From: an uncultured cyanobacterium
GTDB lineage: Bacteria; Cyanobacteriota; Cyanobacteriia; Cyanobacteriales; CAWCAG01
Reading direction: 5' to 3'
Assembly: GCA_963803805.1 (NCBI GenBank)
Contig: CAWDOD010000005.1
Location: 32,001 to 96,000 of the forward strand
Length of the DNA: 64,000 nucleotides
Shown: positions 39,773 through 50,857 of the stretch, piece by piece
How positions within the stretch are numbered: the stretch's first letter is position 1
Layout: each line of letters starts with the position of its first letter
Notes under the pieces: generated by a model
The model's database searches: none
The model's input: the letters and a program-made list of their open reading frames with translations, nothing else
What the model was told of the DNA's origin: nothing
Position numbers and translations under genes: made by a program

Positions 39773-40426
39773 CTATTTCGCTGTTGCCTCACGCTGTTGT
39801 TTAAGATAGGCAAATACTGACTTATCACCAATATCTGGCGGAATAGGTTGTATACTTTTGCGTATAGCAAATACCAGGTAAAGAATAGCCCAGGTAGCTA
39901 ACAAAGTTTGTTCGGCTGCCAGGGGGAACATATTTGACATATGCCCTAGTAAAAGTAAGGGGATTAAAGGAGTAAGAACTTTAGTTTCTAAACGGTTAAA
40001 ACAGAAGGCTTCTTTGAAGAAAATTCCTGTTAAAGCAGCAAAAAGAAAACCAACACCAAAGATTGTTAAAGGATGATTGTATACAAAAGAAGCTAAGGAA
40101 TAATCACTTTTCCAAGCTAATATTCCTGAAGCGATCGTCCCTACTAACCAAAAGCCTTGGAGAAGGCGATGTAAAGGTTTGAGATAAATATGAATAGTCG
40201 TTAAACTAACTCCTAAACCAAGGATGAAAATCCCGAATAATAAATTAGTTATTAATGAGATAGTTGGAGTAATTCCTTGCCACAGTACTAAACCACTACC
40301 CACTGCAAAACTTACAGCAGATGCAATTAAACCACTACGATAAATAATCACTTCCCGGCGATCACGCTCATTAATAGTAAATTCTCCAAATTGCCCCTGA
40401 TATATTTCTGTTTCTAAAGTAGTCAT
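39773..40426 (-). CDS. DUF2301 membrane protein
   Basis: YQGQFGEFTI, IHIYL, FKEAFCF, DIGDKSVF. Confidence 0.85.
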   Translation of the reverse strand: MTTLETEIYQGQFGEFTINERDRREVIIYRSGLIASAVSFAVGSGLVLWQGITPTISLITNLLFGIFILGLGVSLTTIHIYLKPLHRLLQGFWLVGTIASGILAWKSDYSLASFVYNHPLTIFGVGFLFAALTGIFFKEAFCFNRLETKVLTPLIPLLLLGHMSNMFPLAAEQTLLATWAILYLVFAIRKSIQPIPPDIGDKSVFAYLKQQREATAK

Positions 40427-40433
40427 TTTTTTA

Positions 40434-40464
40434 TTATCAATTATCAATTATCAATTATCAATTA
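40434..40464. repeat. Heptamer tandem repeat (STRR-like) TTATCAA x4
   Basis: Direct reading. Related intergenic heptamer runs lie near 17008-17031, 23298-23327, 23813-23851, 36410-36444, 43930-43951 and 47550-47575. Confidence 0.8.
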
Positions 40465-40465
40465 C

Positions 40466-41794
40466 TTAAGCTAGCCAAGCACGAATCTTTTGTACTAGCC
40501 AAATCAGTTCTGCTTCTTTTAATCTTTTACCAAAGTAGTTTTTATTAAATAATTCTGTATGGGATGGGTTAGAGACAATAATAATGCCTCTGGCATTAGA
40601 AGAAGAACTTAGATAGTAAATGGAAACATCCTGAATTGCTTTAGTTATGCCGACTTGTTTACTGAGGTAAAAACCTAGAAACTTCTTGCTAATTGTAAAA
40701 GTGTCTTGGGATAATTCTAGTCTGGTTTCCGCAAACAGGGGTTCTTTAGTCAGAATTAATATTAATAAGACTAAACCTATAGGTGGCGCAACAAATAACA
40801 AACAGGCTAAAACAACAATTGTTACTGGTGCAGGTATTTTATCAAACTTTAAACGTGGAGGAATAATAATCTTTAATTGTTCTGGAGTTTGAGCAATCTT
40901 AATGGTAGTTTTAACAGGGGGAGGCAGTTGACCAAGATTATAGTAGGAAGATGCGGGAATAGCTTCTGTTTCTGCTTCTAGGGCTTGTAAAGCTTGGGTG
41001 GCAGATTGAAAGCGGTTTTCTGGGGCTGGTTGGGTGGCTTTTTCTAACCAACTGATAAAATTGCTGCTCACGCTTTGTTGAGAGAGGCGATCGCGAAATT
41101 GCAACTTTAATTCTTTTTGGGGTATATCTCCTGGGGCAACACCCCCTAAAAGATGAATAATCGTTGCCCCCAAAGCATAGAGATCCGAAGCAGGAATTGC
41201 TCTTCCGCCGTATTGTTCCATAGGTGCATAGCCGTAGGTTCCTACAATCGTAAAAGTTACCCCTTCGGTAGCGGCTTTGTCTTGAACTGCACCAAAATCC
41301 ACTAAATATATTTGGTCATTTTCTCCTAAAATCAAATTACTCGGCTTAATATCGCGATGAAGTAAAATGGGATTGAGGCTATGAAGATAAATGAGAATTT
41401 CTAGAATCTCTTTAGTTATTTGCTGAACTTTAGCTTCAGTTAATCTTTTGCTTTCATTTAATAACTGTTTAAGGGAAGAACCAGGAATATATTCTTGTAC
41501 TAACCCAAACCAAAGAAAGCGATCATCTACAGAAAAGTAATCATAATATTTCGGTATTTGACTATTCTGAAGCTGCTGAAGAATCTTTGCTTCTCTTTCA
41601 AAAAGTTTGAGGTCGTCCCATTGAACATCTCCACCAAAGGCAAGTAACTTCACCACAGACAAGCGTTCAGGTATCTGCAAATCTTCAGCTAACCACGTTT
41701 GTCTTCCGGCATTTTGACCTAACTTTTTAATTAGTTTGTAGCGATTATGTAAGATTTGTTGTGCTGCAAGCATAATATCTAAGCTGTTAGGCAT
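40466..41794 (-). CDS. Serine/threonine protein kinase with TM helix
   Basis: VVKLL, HRDIKPSN, DFG, GTYGYAPMEQ, DLYALG. Confidence 0.93.
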   Translation of the reverse strand: MPNSLDIMLAAQQILHNRYKLIKKLGQNAGRQTWLAEDLQIPERLSVVKLLAFGGDVQWDDLKLFEREAKILQQLQNSQIPKYYDYFSVDDRFLWFGLVQEYIPGSSLKQLLNESKRLTEAKVQQITKEILEILIYLHSLNPILLHRDIKPSNLILGENDQIYLVDFGAVQDKAATEGVTFTIVGTYGYAPMEQYGGRAIPASDLYALGATIIHLLGGVAPGDIPQKELKLQFRDRLSQQSVSSNFISWLEKATQPAPENRFQSATQALQALEAETEAIPASSYYNLGQLPPPVKTTIKIAQTPEQLKIIIPPRLKFDKIPAPVTIVVLACLLFVAPPIGLVLLILILTKEPLFAETRLELSQDTFTISKKFLGFYLSKQVGITKAIQDVSIYYLSSSSNARGIIIVSNPSHTELFNKNYFGKRLKEAELIWLVQKIRAWLA

Positions 41795-41953
41795 TTAGAT
41801 TAGTTATTAGGGTCAGGAAATAGGGAAAAACCTAAGATTCAGTTCTATAAATTATTGATAAACGCTACTATTACCATCATAGTCTATCAATTTAACCAAC
41901 GAGCTAACACTGATAAATGTTTAATATTCAATGATAAATGGTATTAGCTGCCT

Positions 41954-43222
41954 ATGCCAGTCACAGCATTTTTCCAGGGAATTTTGGGTGCATCAAGTCT
42001 TGCCTTTGGAGCCTTTGTTGGGGTTGTTTGGCGACCTCGTAGGTTGTTTTCTGCTGCTATTATGGCATTTGGCAGCGGAACCTTACTCGCGGCGATCGCC
42101 TTTGAAATTTCTCTTCCGGTTTATAAAAACGACGGCTTTTTACCTCTGATTATTGGTTTTATGATCGGGGGAAGTTTATTTGTTTATTTGACTCAATATA
42201 TTGACCAACAAGGTGGTTTCTTGCGTAAACCAGCTTCTAGCCGTCGCTATCTTTACGAACACCGTAGTGATAAACATACCGACGTACTCAGCCGTATTTC
42301 CCACATAGAGGTAATGCAAAACCTCCCCGATGAAGAAAGAAAGGCATTAGCCCCTTTATTAAAAGCTAAAAACGTTCCTGCTGGAGAAATTCTTTGTGAA
42401 GAAGGCCATCCGGGGGAATACTTTTATATGATTGTTAGCGGGGAAGCAGAAGTTCGTAAAGGGCGCAAGGTGTTATCTCATCTAAAACCGGGGGAAGTAT
42501 TCGGGGAGATGTCTTTATTAACCGGAGAACCCCGTTCGGCGACCATTATATCCCGAACTCCTATGGAATTGTACCAATTACACCAAGAACATTTCGGCAG
42601 TGTCTTAAGTTGGTCACCTCATATGGCTTGGGCTTTGAGTCGTTCCTTAGCCCGTCGCTTACGCATTGCTACTGAATCGCGAGTTGCTGTAGAAGATAAT
42701 TTAGATCGTTGGCGACAGCAGTTAATGGATCAAGTTGAACTAGATATTTTAATGCGTGAAGATCCTAGTATCTTGGAAGGATTAGTAGAAAGTTCAGCGC
42801 CTTTAGCCATTATGGTAGGGACTTTAATTGATAATATCCCGGAAGCAGCAACCATCGGGCTGAATGCCGAAAATCCTCATTTAGGTTGGTCTTTTATTTT
42901 AGCTGTCTTTATTTCCAACTTTCCCGAAGCCTTATCTAGCGCTGCTGGGATGCAACAAGCAGGAACCTCCAAGGTACAAATTCTATCTCTTTGGTTAGGA
43001 ATTGTCATCTTAAGTGGGTTTTGTGCTGCTGCGGCTTATTCTGTACAAGGTTATCTACCAGAAACATTTGTGAGTTTAATTCAATCAATCGCCGGGGGAG
43101 CAATCCTCGCCATGTTAGCTAGTACGATGATGCCAGAAGCCTATGAGTTAGGAGGTGGCTATGTTGCTTTTTCAACGATTATGGGTTTCTTACTAGGTTT
43201 TTGGGTTTCTTTCGTCCACTAG
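41954..43222 (+). CDS. ZIP-family metal transporter with an inserted cyclic-nucleotide-binding domain
   Basis: ZIP motifs AFGSG, DNIPE, SNFPE, MMPEA flank a cNMP domain (FYMIVSG...FGEMSLLTGEPRSAT). Confidence 0.85.
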   Translation: MPVTAFFQGILGASSLAFGAFVGVVWRPRRLFSAAIMAFGSGTLLAAIAFEISLPVYKNDGFLPLIIGFMIGGSLFVYLTQYIDQQGGFLRKPASSRRYLYEHRSDKHTDVLSRISHIEVMQNLPDEERKALAPLLKAKNVPAGEILCEEGHPGEYFYMIVSGEAEVRKGRKVLSHLKPGEVFGEMSLLTGEPRSATIISRTPMELYQLHQEHFGSVLSWSPHMAWALSRSLARRLRIATESRVAVEDNLDRWRQQLMDQVELDILMREDPSILEGLVESSAPLAIMVGTLIDNIPEAATIGLNAENPHLGWSFILAVFISNFPEALSSAAGMQQAGTSKVQILSLWLGIVILSGFCAAAAYSVQGYLPETFVSLIQSIAGGAILAMLASTMMPEAYELGGGYVAFSTIMGFLLGFWVSFVH

Positions 43223-43278
43223 ATAATTATTGAGCCTACACTATATCTCAAGTTACACATCACGTAAGCCAGCAGTCT

Positions 43279-43548
43279 TTATATGCGTTTTAGTAACTCA
43301 TCATATTCAGAGTGAGTTCCTATCCAAAACCAATAAATGTGGTTTTCTTCTAACAATCCTAGCGCTCTATAATTGAGACTGACACGAACTGAATAAATAG
43401 GCTGGCGTTGGCTGACTCGCTTAAATTGTAGGCTTCCATGAAATGGGTCGGTTTTCCACAGAGCATATGCTTTATTAGCTTGCTCACGAACAGAGTTTGG
43501 TAGCTGGTTAAGGAGCTTACGAAAATCTCTAGTAGTACTCGATTTCAT
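43279..43548 (-). CDS. RelE/ParE-superfamily toxin
   Basis: DPFHGSLQFKRV...YSVRVSLNYRALG...WIGTHSEYD. Overlaps the upstream gene by 4 nt. Confidence 0.8.
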   Translation of the reverse strand: MKSSTTRDFRKLLNQLPNSVREQANKAYALWKTDPFHGSLQFKRVSQRQPIYSVRVSLNYRALGLLEENHIYWFWIGTHSEYDELLKRI

Positions 43549-43775
43549 TGTCCAACTGGGAAAACTTCATCAAGCGGTATAACCTCACCAACCAAAATTT
43601 CCTGCCGTACTAAAGTTGCCATATCATCCCACTGTTTGTCAGTTGTAGCGTCAAAGCAATTTTGCCAAGCTTGCTCGTCTTCTAACTCAGCAAGAAGCCT
43701 TGTTGCGATCGCATCTTGTTGCTCATCTGATAGCTTTGAAATCTTTGTAATAACTTGCTGGAGGAGTTCTGTCAT
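43545..43775 (-). CDS. Putative cognate antitoxin
   Basis: Small acidic protein MTELLQQ...QQDAIA...EDEQAW, coupled to the toxin by an ATGA overlap. Confidence 0.75.
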   Translation of the reverse strand: MTELLQQVITKISKLSDEQQDAIATRLLAELEDEQAWQNCFDATTDKQWDDMATLVRQEILVGEVIPLDEVFPVGQ

Positions 43776-43972
43776 AATTTCTTATCTAATAGCTGTACCA
43801 CTATGAGTAAAAGTATATCTAAGATTTCCTAATTACCCATTACCTCTTCCTATAACCCAATTTAAAAGCATAGCAGCTTATCTCCCTCATTCTCTATCTT
43901 CCACAGCTATGCCTTTATCAAAAACATCATTGATAATTGATTATTGATAACTAACCATTAATCTTTAGATCA

Positions 43973-45052
43973 ATGAAAATCGATTACGTTCACTTCTATG
44001 TTGATAATGCTCAGAAGTGGCGAGACTGGTTTAGCACTAAGATGAACTTTTCTACCGTAGCTGGGGGTTATAACCATCACGATTGTACAGAAGTAATCGC
44101 TAATGGGAACGTTGTCTTTGTTCTTTCTTCTCCCACTAATGCGGCTAGCCTAGTAGCAAAATATTTACGACAACATCCTTGTGGAGTAGCGGATGTTGCC
44201 TTCACTACCAACAATTTAGCCGAAGCATTACAACAAGCTATTAACCAAGGGACAAAATTATTAACCGCACCTCAACAGCAAAATTTTCCTCAAGGAACTA
44301 TAAAATGGTGTCAAATTGTCGCTGAATCTGGCTTACGTCATACTTTATACCAAAGAGAAGGTATAACTCCTATTTTTCCAGAATTAGAAAAAGAGCAAAT
44401 CTATCCAACTAATTTTGCTCAAGGAAACTTCACTGGTATAGATCATATTGTCCTCAATGTGGCAGCAGGAGAATTAAGAAAAACCGCAACTTGGTACGAG
44501 AAAGCTTTAGGTTTTCAGCTCCAGCAAAGTTTTAATATTCAAACAGAAAATTCGGGTTTATATTCTCAAGTGATGGTACATCCAGAAAGCGGTGTAAAAT
44601 TTCCCATAAACGAACCTGCTTCTCCTAATTCTCAGATTCAGGAATTTTTAGATGTAAACAAAGGTGCAGGTATTCAACATATCGCTTTGCAAACTCCCCA
44701 TATCCTCCGTACCACTGCCCAATTAAGAGAAGCAGGGTTAGCTTTTTTACCTATTCTAGAAAGTTATTATACTCAACTAGAAAAACGTCTCCCTCCTTTG
44801 AGTTTAGAAGCAGGGGAGTTAGCAACTTTGGCAGCACAACAGATTTTAATCGACTATCAACAAAAAACTAATAATATTAAAAAATCGCCCTTGTTGTTGC
44901 AAATTTTTACTCAACCAATTTTCAACGAACCTACTTTCTTTTTTGAGTTAATTGAACGTCGCGATCGCGCTGAAGGTTTTGGAGAAGGAAACTTTCGTGC
45001 TTTGTTTGAAGCAATGGAACAAGAACAATTTAAGCGAGGGAGTTTGTACTGA
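43973..45052 (+). CDS. hppD: 4-hydroxyphenylpyruvate dioxygenase
   Basis: IDHIV, GIQHIAL, LLQIFT, FFELIER, GFGEGNF. Confidence 0.95.
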   Translation: MKIDYVHFYVDNAQKWRDWFSTKMNFSTVAGGYNHHDCTEVIANGNVVFVLSSPTNAASLVAKYLRQHPCGVADVAFTTNNLAEALQQAINQGTKLLTAPQQQNFPQGTIKWCQIVAESGLRHTLYQREGITPIFPELEKEQIYPTNFAQGNFTGIDHIVLNVAAGELRKTATWYEKALGFQLQQSFNIQTENSGLYSQVMVHPESGVKFPINEPASPNSQIQEFLDVNKGAGIQHIALQTPHILRTTAQLREAGLAFLPILESYYTQLEKRLPPLSLEAGELATLAAQQILIDYQQKTNNIKKSPLLLQIFTQPIFNEPTFFFELIERRDRAEGFGEGNFRALFEAMEQEQFKRGSLY

Positions 45053-45099
45053 TAGCTAATAACTTAAACCATTTTTAAAATAATTTCTTATATAGCAAG

Positions 45100-45627
45100 A
45101 TGAAAATTATGAATAAATATCAAAACAAAATGGAAACATTAGACCCCTGGCAAGTGGTAGAAACATCAAAAAAACTTACTATCGAAGACATTCTTTCTTT
45201 AGAGAAAGAAATAGGCTATTCTTTGCCAGCAGACTATGCTAACTTCCTTTTGCACTATGGTGGTTTTGGTACTGAAGATTATGTTAGCTTTACCTATCTA
45301 GAAGAAAATCCTAGAGATGATGAAAAAGGATTATTAGATGTATTTTTTGGAATTTTGCCAGGAGATGGATACGATTTAATAAAGAATTACAATTGTTATA
45401 AAGATAGAATTCCTCAAAATTTACTTCCTATCGCAGACTCATGTGGAAATGTTGTCTGTATTTCTCTTGCCGGTGATAATAAAGATTGTGTTTATCTGTG
45501 GGATCATAACGATGAAGAAATGGTAGAAAATCCGGGCTATTCAAATGTCTATCTACTCGCTCATTCATTTGATGAGTTTATCAATTCTTTAGAATTAGAT
45601 GATGAATTGAATGATGAAGATGAATAA
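45100..45627 (+). CDS. SMI1/KNR4 (SUKH) immunity-family protein, orphan
   Basis: LEKEIGYSLPADYANFL, LLPIADSCGN, VYLWDH, LAHSFDEFI. Confidence 0.85.
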   Translation: MKIMNKYQNKMETLDPWQVVETSKKLTIEDILSLEKEIGYSLPADYANFLLHYGGFGTEDYVSFTYLEENPRDDEKGLLDVFFGILPGDGYDLIKNYNCYKDRIPQNLLPIADSCGNVVCISLAGDNKDCVYLWDHNDEEMVENPGYSNVYLLAHSFDEFINSLELDDELNDEDE

Positions 45628-45629
45628 AA

Positions 45630-45903
<274 letters not shown>

Positions 45904-45905
45904 CT

Positions 45906-46250
45906 TTATGAAGCTACGGCAAAATCTGTGTACTGTCTCATTTTTGGCTCATGAAATGCTAAAACAATATCTTCTTTAGAAACACCTGCATCAACCAAAT
46001 CATTGGCGATGCCATCTTCAGTCCAATCCTCCTCGATCCAAAATTTACCATCTACAATCCGAACATAGACTGTCATACCAGCAACGCGCTCACCACCCTG
46101 CCAACCAAGATTCATCCAAATGTAATGAGCTTTTAATTCATCGACAATTAAAAACGTCTCTATATCTGAGTTATGATGGCGGTTACTTAGTTCTGTATAC
46201 TCACTCAAAATACCTTTAATTAGCTTAGGATATTCAGTTAGTTTATCCAT
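45906..46250 (-). CDS. xisI: XisI family protein
   Basis: MDKL..Y, GW, KFWIEEDWTEDGIA, KEDIVLAFH.P..RQYTDFAV. Confidence 0.9.
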   Translation of the reverse strand: MDKLTEYPKLIKGILSEYTELSNRHHNSDIETFLIVDELKAHYIWMNLGWQGGERVAGMTVYVRIVDGKFWIEEDWTEDGIANDLVDAGVSKEDIVLAFHEPKMRQYTDFAVAS

Positions 46251-46654
46251 TTTGTGATCTCCTCTGACTCGATGTCTACCACAATGATAGAAAGTTGGTG
46301 TTTCTTCAGAATGAGTTGAGCCACATCTCCGGTAAAGAAAGTTTTGTAAGCTATTTTGCTGATAGCCATATATAACTTTCGCTCTGGTGCTGTTTCCTCC
46401 AAAAGATAACTGTAGATATCATATTGCCCAAGAGCTTCTTTAAAGTCCTGTATTTTCGATGCACCAATAAAGCTTTTGACTTCCACAACTAGCTTTTGTC
46501 CATCTCGTTCAACCCCAATCGGACGTTCAGCACCAAGATCAGCATAGAGTGTTGTCCTTCGATACTTAATGATATAAGGATCATCAGTGATTAACCATCC
46601 GTCCTTAATCAAAGCATTTTTCACCGAATTATGAATACTATCTAGCTTGGGCAT
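46238..46654 (-). CDS. xisH: XisH family protein
   Basis: HNSVKNALIKDGWLITDDP, DLGAE, VEVKSF, ALGQY. Confidence 0.9.
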   Translation of the reverse strand: MPKLDSIHNSVKNALIKDGWLITDDPYIIKYRRTTLYADLGAERPIGVERDGQKLVVEVKSFIGASKIQDFKEALGQYDIYSYLLEETAPERKLYMAISKIAYKTFFTGDVAQLILKKHQLSIIVVDIESEEITKWIN

Positions 46655-46721
46655 CAACTACTAGAAAAAAATGATATCTGTATAAACATAGGAATGAAGC
46701 TTCAAATTTGTTGATGTACAA

Positions 46722-47450
46722 CTAACCTCTAATTGCTTTTAAAACCCCTAATTCTGTTTGTATTGGTAAAACATCTAAAATATTCTCTTGAGCGCAATAT
46801 TCTAAATCTGCTCGATTATTTAAACCTAATAAACGCTTACCATGACTAGCAAGTTCAAACATTTTCACTAAATCATTTTGCCATTGGCTATAAAGGGCGA
46901 TCGCTGCTACAACTTCATCATTACCAATAACTTCTACATCTTTAGTATAAAAAACTTTGGCGATCGCTCCCGCACAAACTGTATCTTCTAAGGAATAAGT
47001 TCCTTGCCAGCCAGATCCCACTAACCAAACAGTTTCTGGTTGTTTCTTACGTAGGTAATCAATGACACTTTGGTAATTTACCATTGCGGCTGTCACCACA
47101 GTGGGAGATTTTTCTACCCTTTGTAAGGCACGAGTACCATTAGTAGTAGAAAGAAACAAACGCTTACCTGCCATCAATTCTGGGGTACAGTCCAAAGGAG
47201 AATTACCTAAGTCGCAACCATCTACTTGTTTACCTCCTCTTTCTCCTGCCCGTAGTCGCTTTTGGTCAGGCCAATCAGTACTTTTAGTTATTAATTCTTC
47301 TATATCTCTAAAAGCTTGTACTGCTTCAGCTCCAGCGTCTAAAGCGGTGGCGATGGTAGTTGTTGCCCGTAATACATCAATGACGACTGCACAGTCAGGT
47401 AAGCTGTCTATTGGAGTCAATTCTGGGGTGTGATAAACAAATAGCTTCAA
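46722..47450 (-). CDS. comB: 2-phosphosulfolactate phosphatase family
   Basis: [31 protein letters not shown] start inferred. Confidence 0.9.
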   Translation of the reverse strand: MKLFVYHTPELTPIDSLPDCAVVIDVLRATTTIATALDAGAEAVQAFRDIEELITKSTDWPDQKRLRAGERGGKQVDGCDLGNSPLDCTPELMAGKRLFLSTTNGTRALQRVEKSPTVVTAAMVNYQSVIDYLRKKQPETVWLVGSGWQGTYSLEDTVCAGAIAKVFYTKDVEVIGNDEVVAAIALYSQWQNDLVKMFELASHGKRLLGLNNRADLEYCAQENILDVLPIQTELGVLKAIRG

Positions 47451-47579
47451 GGTTCTGGCGGGTAGATATGTTGCCAACCAACCATCCTATCACCTGAGTA
47501 GTTTTTTGTCTATTAACAGAAGAAGGTAATAGGAAATAGTACCATCACTTATTACCTATTACCCATTACCTATTGCTTA

Positions 47580-49208
47580 TTACTCCCACTCAATAGTCCC
47601 AGGTGGTTTAGAAGTAATATCATAAACCACTCGATTAACTCCATCTACCTCATTCACAATGCGGTTAGAGATAGTTTCTAACAACTCGTAGGGAACACGG
47701 GACCAGTCGGCTGTCATGCCATCTTCGCTGGAAATTAAACGTAGGACGATAGGATGGGCATAGGTACGCTGATCTCCCATTACTCCCACGCTACGAACAG
47801 GTAATAGCACAGCGAAGGCTTGCCAAAAGTCATGATACATTCCTTGCTTGCCAATTTCATCCCGGACAATGTAGTCTGCATCCCGGAGGATATTGAGCCT
47901 TTCTGGGGTTACTTCGCCGATGATGCGAATTGCTAAACCAGGGCCAGGAAAAGGATGGCGGCGAACAATCTCTTTGGGCAAACCGATAGAAAGAGCGACT
48001 TTGCGTACTTCATCTTTAAAAAGTTTGCGTAGGGGTTCAACGAGCTTAAAGCGTAAATCTTTTGGCAAACCACCGACATTATGATGGCTCTTGATTTTCA
48101 CTGCAACCCTTTCTCCAGTTTGAGGATCAACGTTAGTATCAGCAGACTCAATTACGTCAGGATAAAGGGTTCCTTGGGCTAAATAATCGAAGGGTCCCAA
48201 ACGCTTAGATTCTTCTTCAAAGACATGGATGAATTCATGGCCGATGCGACGGCGTTTTTCTTCTGGATCGGTGATGCCTTTGACTTTGGCGAGAAATCTA
48301 TCCCTGGCATTGATGTATTCAACAGAGATATGGAAGCGTCTAGCAAAGATGTCCATTAGTCTTTCTGGTTCACCTTTACGCATGAAGCCCTGATCAATGA
48401 ACATACAAGTTAGTTGATCACCAATGGCACGATGAAGTAGAAAGGCGAGGGTAGAAGAGTCAACGCCTCCAGAAAGGGCTAATAAAACTCGTTTTTCCCC
48501 TACTTTGGCACGAATTTCCCGAATGGATTCAGTGACAAAGGTTTCTGTTGTCCAAGTTGGTTCACATTTGCAAACATCATAGACAAAGTTGCGGATCAGT
48601 TCCATGCCGCCGATGGAGTGGACAACTTCTGGGTGAAACTGTACGCCGTAAAACCTTTTTTCGTGGTTGGCAATCGCCGCACAACGGGTATTTTCTGTGT
48701 GGGCGAGAATTTCAAAGCCAGGGGGTAAGGAAGTGCAAGAATCCCCATGGCTCATCCACATGGTTGAGCCGTTTTTGATTTTTTGTAAAGTTATGTTGGG
48801 GTTGTCGATGATTAGGGAAGCTTTGCCATATTCAGCCCGTTGAGCGCGTTCAACTTTCCCCCTAATTGCTTAACCATAAGCTGCATTCCATAGCAAACTC
48901 CCATGACGGGAACTCCTAATTCCCAAATTTTGGGATCACATTGAGGAGCGCCTTTGTCATAAACTGAGTTTGGTCCGACCGGACAAAATGATCCCCGATG
49001 GGTTAAGCTGTTTAAGCTGTTCGGCGGTGGTGCGATAGGAAAGTACTTCGGAGTAGACTTGGGTTTCGCGAATGCGACGGGCAATTAGTTCTGAGTATTG
49101 AGAGCCAAAGTCGAGGATGATCACGATTTGGCGATTGAGGCTGGTTTTCCGAGGAACCTTGGGTAAAGTTTCTACAGGTGGATGCACTTGTTGAATTGAA
49201 ATAGTCAC
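47580..49208 (-). CDS. guaA: GMP synthase, with two indels (+1 near 48977, -1 near 48857)
   Basis: Three ORFs carry consecutive parts: LDFGSQY...GIILSG / GPNSVY...GVCYGMQL / [29 protein letters not shown]. Confidence 0.95.
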
Positions 49209-49338
49209 GAGATCCTGATGAATTGTAGATGTGAATGAAAAATAAAGCCGCTACTACCTTGGGTAGAGGCTATGCTCCTATTCGCAGACTAAAATCTACT
49301 TTCAGATGCTTGTTATTCTTGCAAGGAATTGAAAAATT

Positions 49339-50472
49339 TTATATATTCGGTACACAATAGCACATTTTTTTTAAGATTGCTGCACCTAAAAAACTTTTTA
49401 CAATGATTTTTCTTTCTCGATTGAATAATACTGAGCCAACTTCAACTTTGCGGTCGCTATGTTTGCGAATATAGGTTTGAGAACGCAGATCAATAGTAGT
49501 GGCGATCGCACCATAAACTGTTTCTGTCCAATGATTATTGCAGGGATCTAATCTTTGTAAATATTCTAACCCTGCTTCTGTAGTGGGAAGCTCAAATATT
49601 TTTTGTAAGTCTGCTGTGGCTAAACCGGCTTTAGCACAGTGAGCGGTAAAAATTTCTCTCCTACCATCGGCGAGGTGATGGTGGGTATGAAAAATCCCTC
49701 CTGCTAGCTTAATTAGCTTGCCATGATAACCAAAAAGGAGCAGAGATTTAACTCCTTGCAAGGCAGCTTCTACAAGCATTGGCCCCAACCAATTAGCTGT
49801 CTTTATCAATTGCCCCTCTTGCAAACCCAATCTTCTAGCTAAATCTAAACCATTTTCCCCTAAACAAAATACTAAGCTGTCAAACTGGCTAGCTTTTGTT
49901 GCTAATTCTTGGCGATAAATATCTAATTGCCCAGGGGAGCTTAAGGGGTGAGAAATACCAGTAGTTCCTAATAAAGAAAGTCCTTCTACTACCCCAAAAG
50001 CAGCATTAGAAGTTCTTTGAGCTAATTTACGTCCTTCCGGGAGAATAATTGTTACCTCAATTAACTCTCCTGGCTGACATAAGGGTTGTAAATTACCCTC
50101 AAATAATCTTTGAGCGTAATCATAAATAGCTGCCTTTCCTTGGGCTTCTAACTGGCGACCAATACCTTCTCCACCCTTGATAATAACTTGCTGTTGTCCT
50201 GGGCGGGGTTTAACTTCTACCACTGCCCAGATAGGAGTATGGCGAGTTAAATCGAGATTATCTCCGGGATCGCTACGAGTAATAGCTAGGGCTTGATGTT
50301 GTCCTAACTTGGCAACTTGTTCTATGGGGATTTCTACTCTCTCGGCAGGTTCGAGTAAATCTAAAGTTATACTTTCAGGTACTTTTCCTTGCCGGCAACA
50401 GTGCCAAGCTGCCACGGCTGCTGCACAGGCGAAGACTGGTAAAGTATATCCCGAACGGGGCTGATTATTCAT
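49339..50472 (-). CDS. cbiD: Cobalt-precorrin-5B C1-methyltransferase
   Basis: RSGYT, SDPGDNLDLT, GGEGIG, GLSLLGTTG, GKLIKLAGG. Confidence 0.93.
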   Translation of the reverse strand: MNNQPRSGYTLPVFACAAAVAAWHCCRQGKVPESITLDLLEPAERVEIPIEQVAKLGQHQALAITRSDPGDNLDLTRHTPIWAVVEVKPRPGQQQVIIKGGEGIGRQLEAQGKAAIYDYAQRLFEGNLQPLCQPGELIEVTIILPEGRKLAQRTSNAAFGVVEGLSLLGTTGISHPLSSPGQLDIYRQELATKASQFDSLVFCLGENGLDLARRLGLQEGQLIKTANWLGPMLVEAALQGVKSLLLFGYHGKLIKLAGGIFHTHHHLADGRREIFTAHCAKAGLATADLQKIFELPTTEAGLEYLQRLDPCNNHWTETVYGAIATTIDLRSQTYIRKHSDRKVEVGSVLFNRERKIIVKSFLGAAILKKMCYCVPNI

Positions 50473-50857
50473 GAACAAGAAAAAAAGCTGATTAGTTTTG
50501 GTAAAGCTTTAAGATATAGGGTATGTATATGTAATGGTACTTATATCTACAAGTAAGTCATAAGCATCTTTAAATCCTAAACAGGGTTTACTAGGAAGCA
50601 GCATCAGGAGTGTATTGCTATCTATATGTAAATTACTCATCCCTATCAGCGATAGCGCCTATGCTTGTTGTTTACTTTAATTCGAGGCAAATAAAGCCAA
50701 GTCGATACGCTATTTTAGCAGCAATTTTGGGCATAATTATTGGTGCTATTAACTTTGAGCTAACTGAAGAGATTCACTCAGGTTGCCCCTACCTCCTTAT
50801 AAGTCTATATCCAGGTTTGCTAACTAAATATTTAAGTCAACATCGGGAGGCACGATA

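Noticed and set aside
45906-46654. fdxN excision element
   Set aside because: No xisF recombinase or interrupted nif gene is present. xisHI pairs are commonly dispersed in cyanobacteria.
47580-49208. guaA as a true pseudogene or programmed frameshift
   Set aside because: The gene is normally essential and shows no other decay. The indels match the consensus-artefact pattern.
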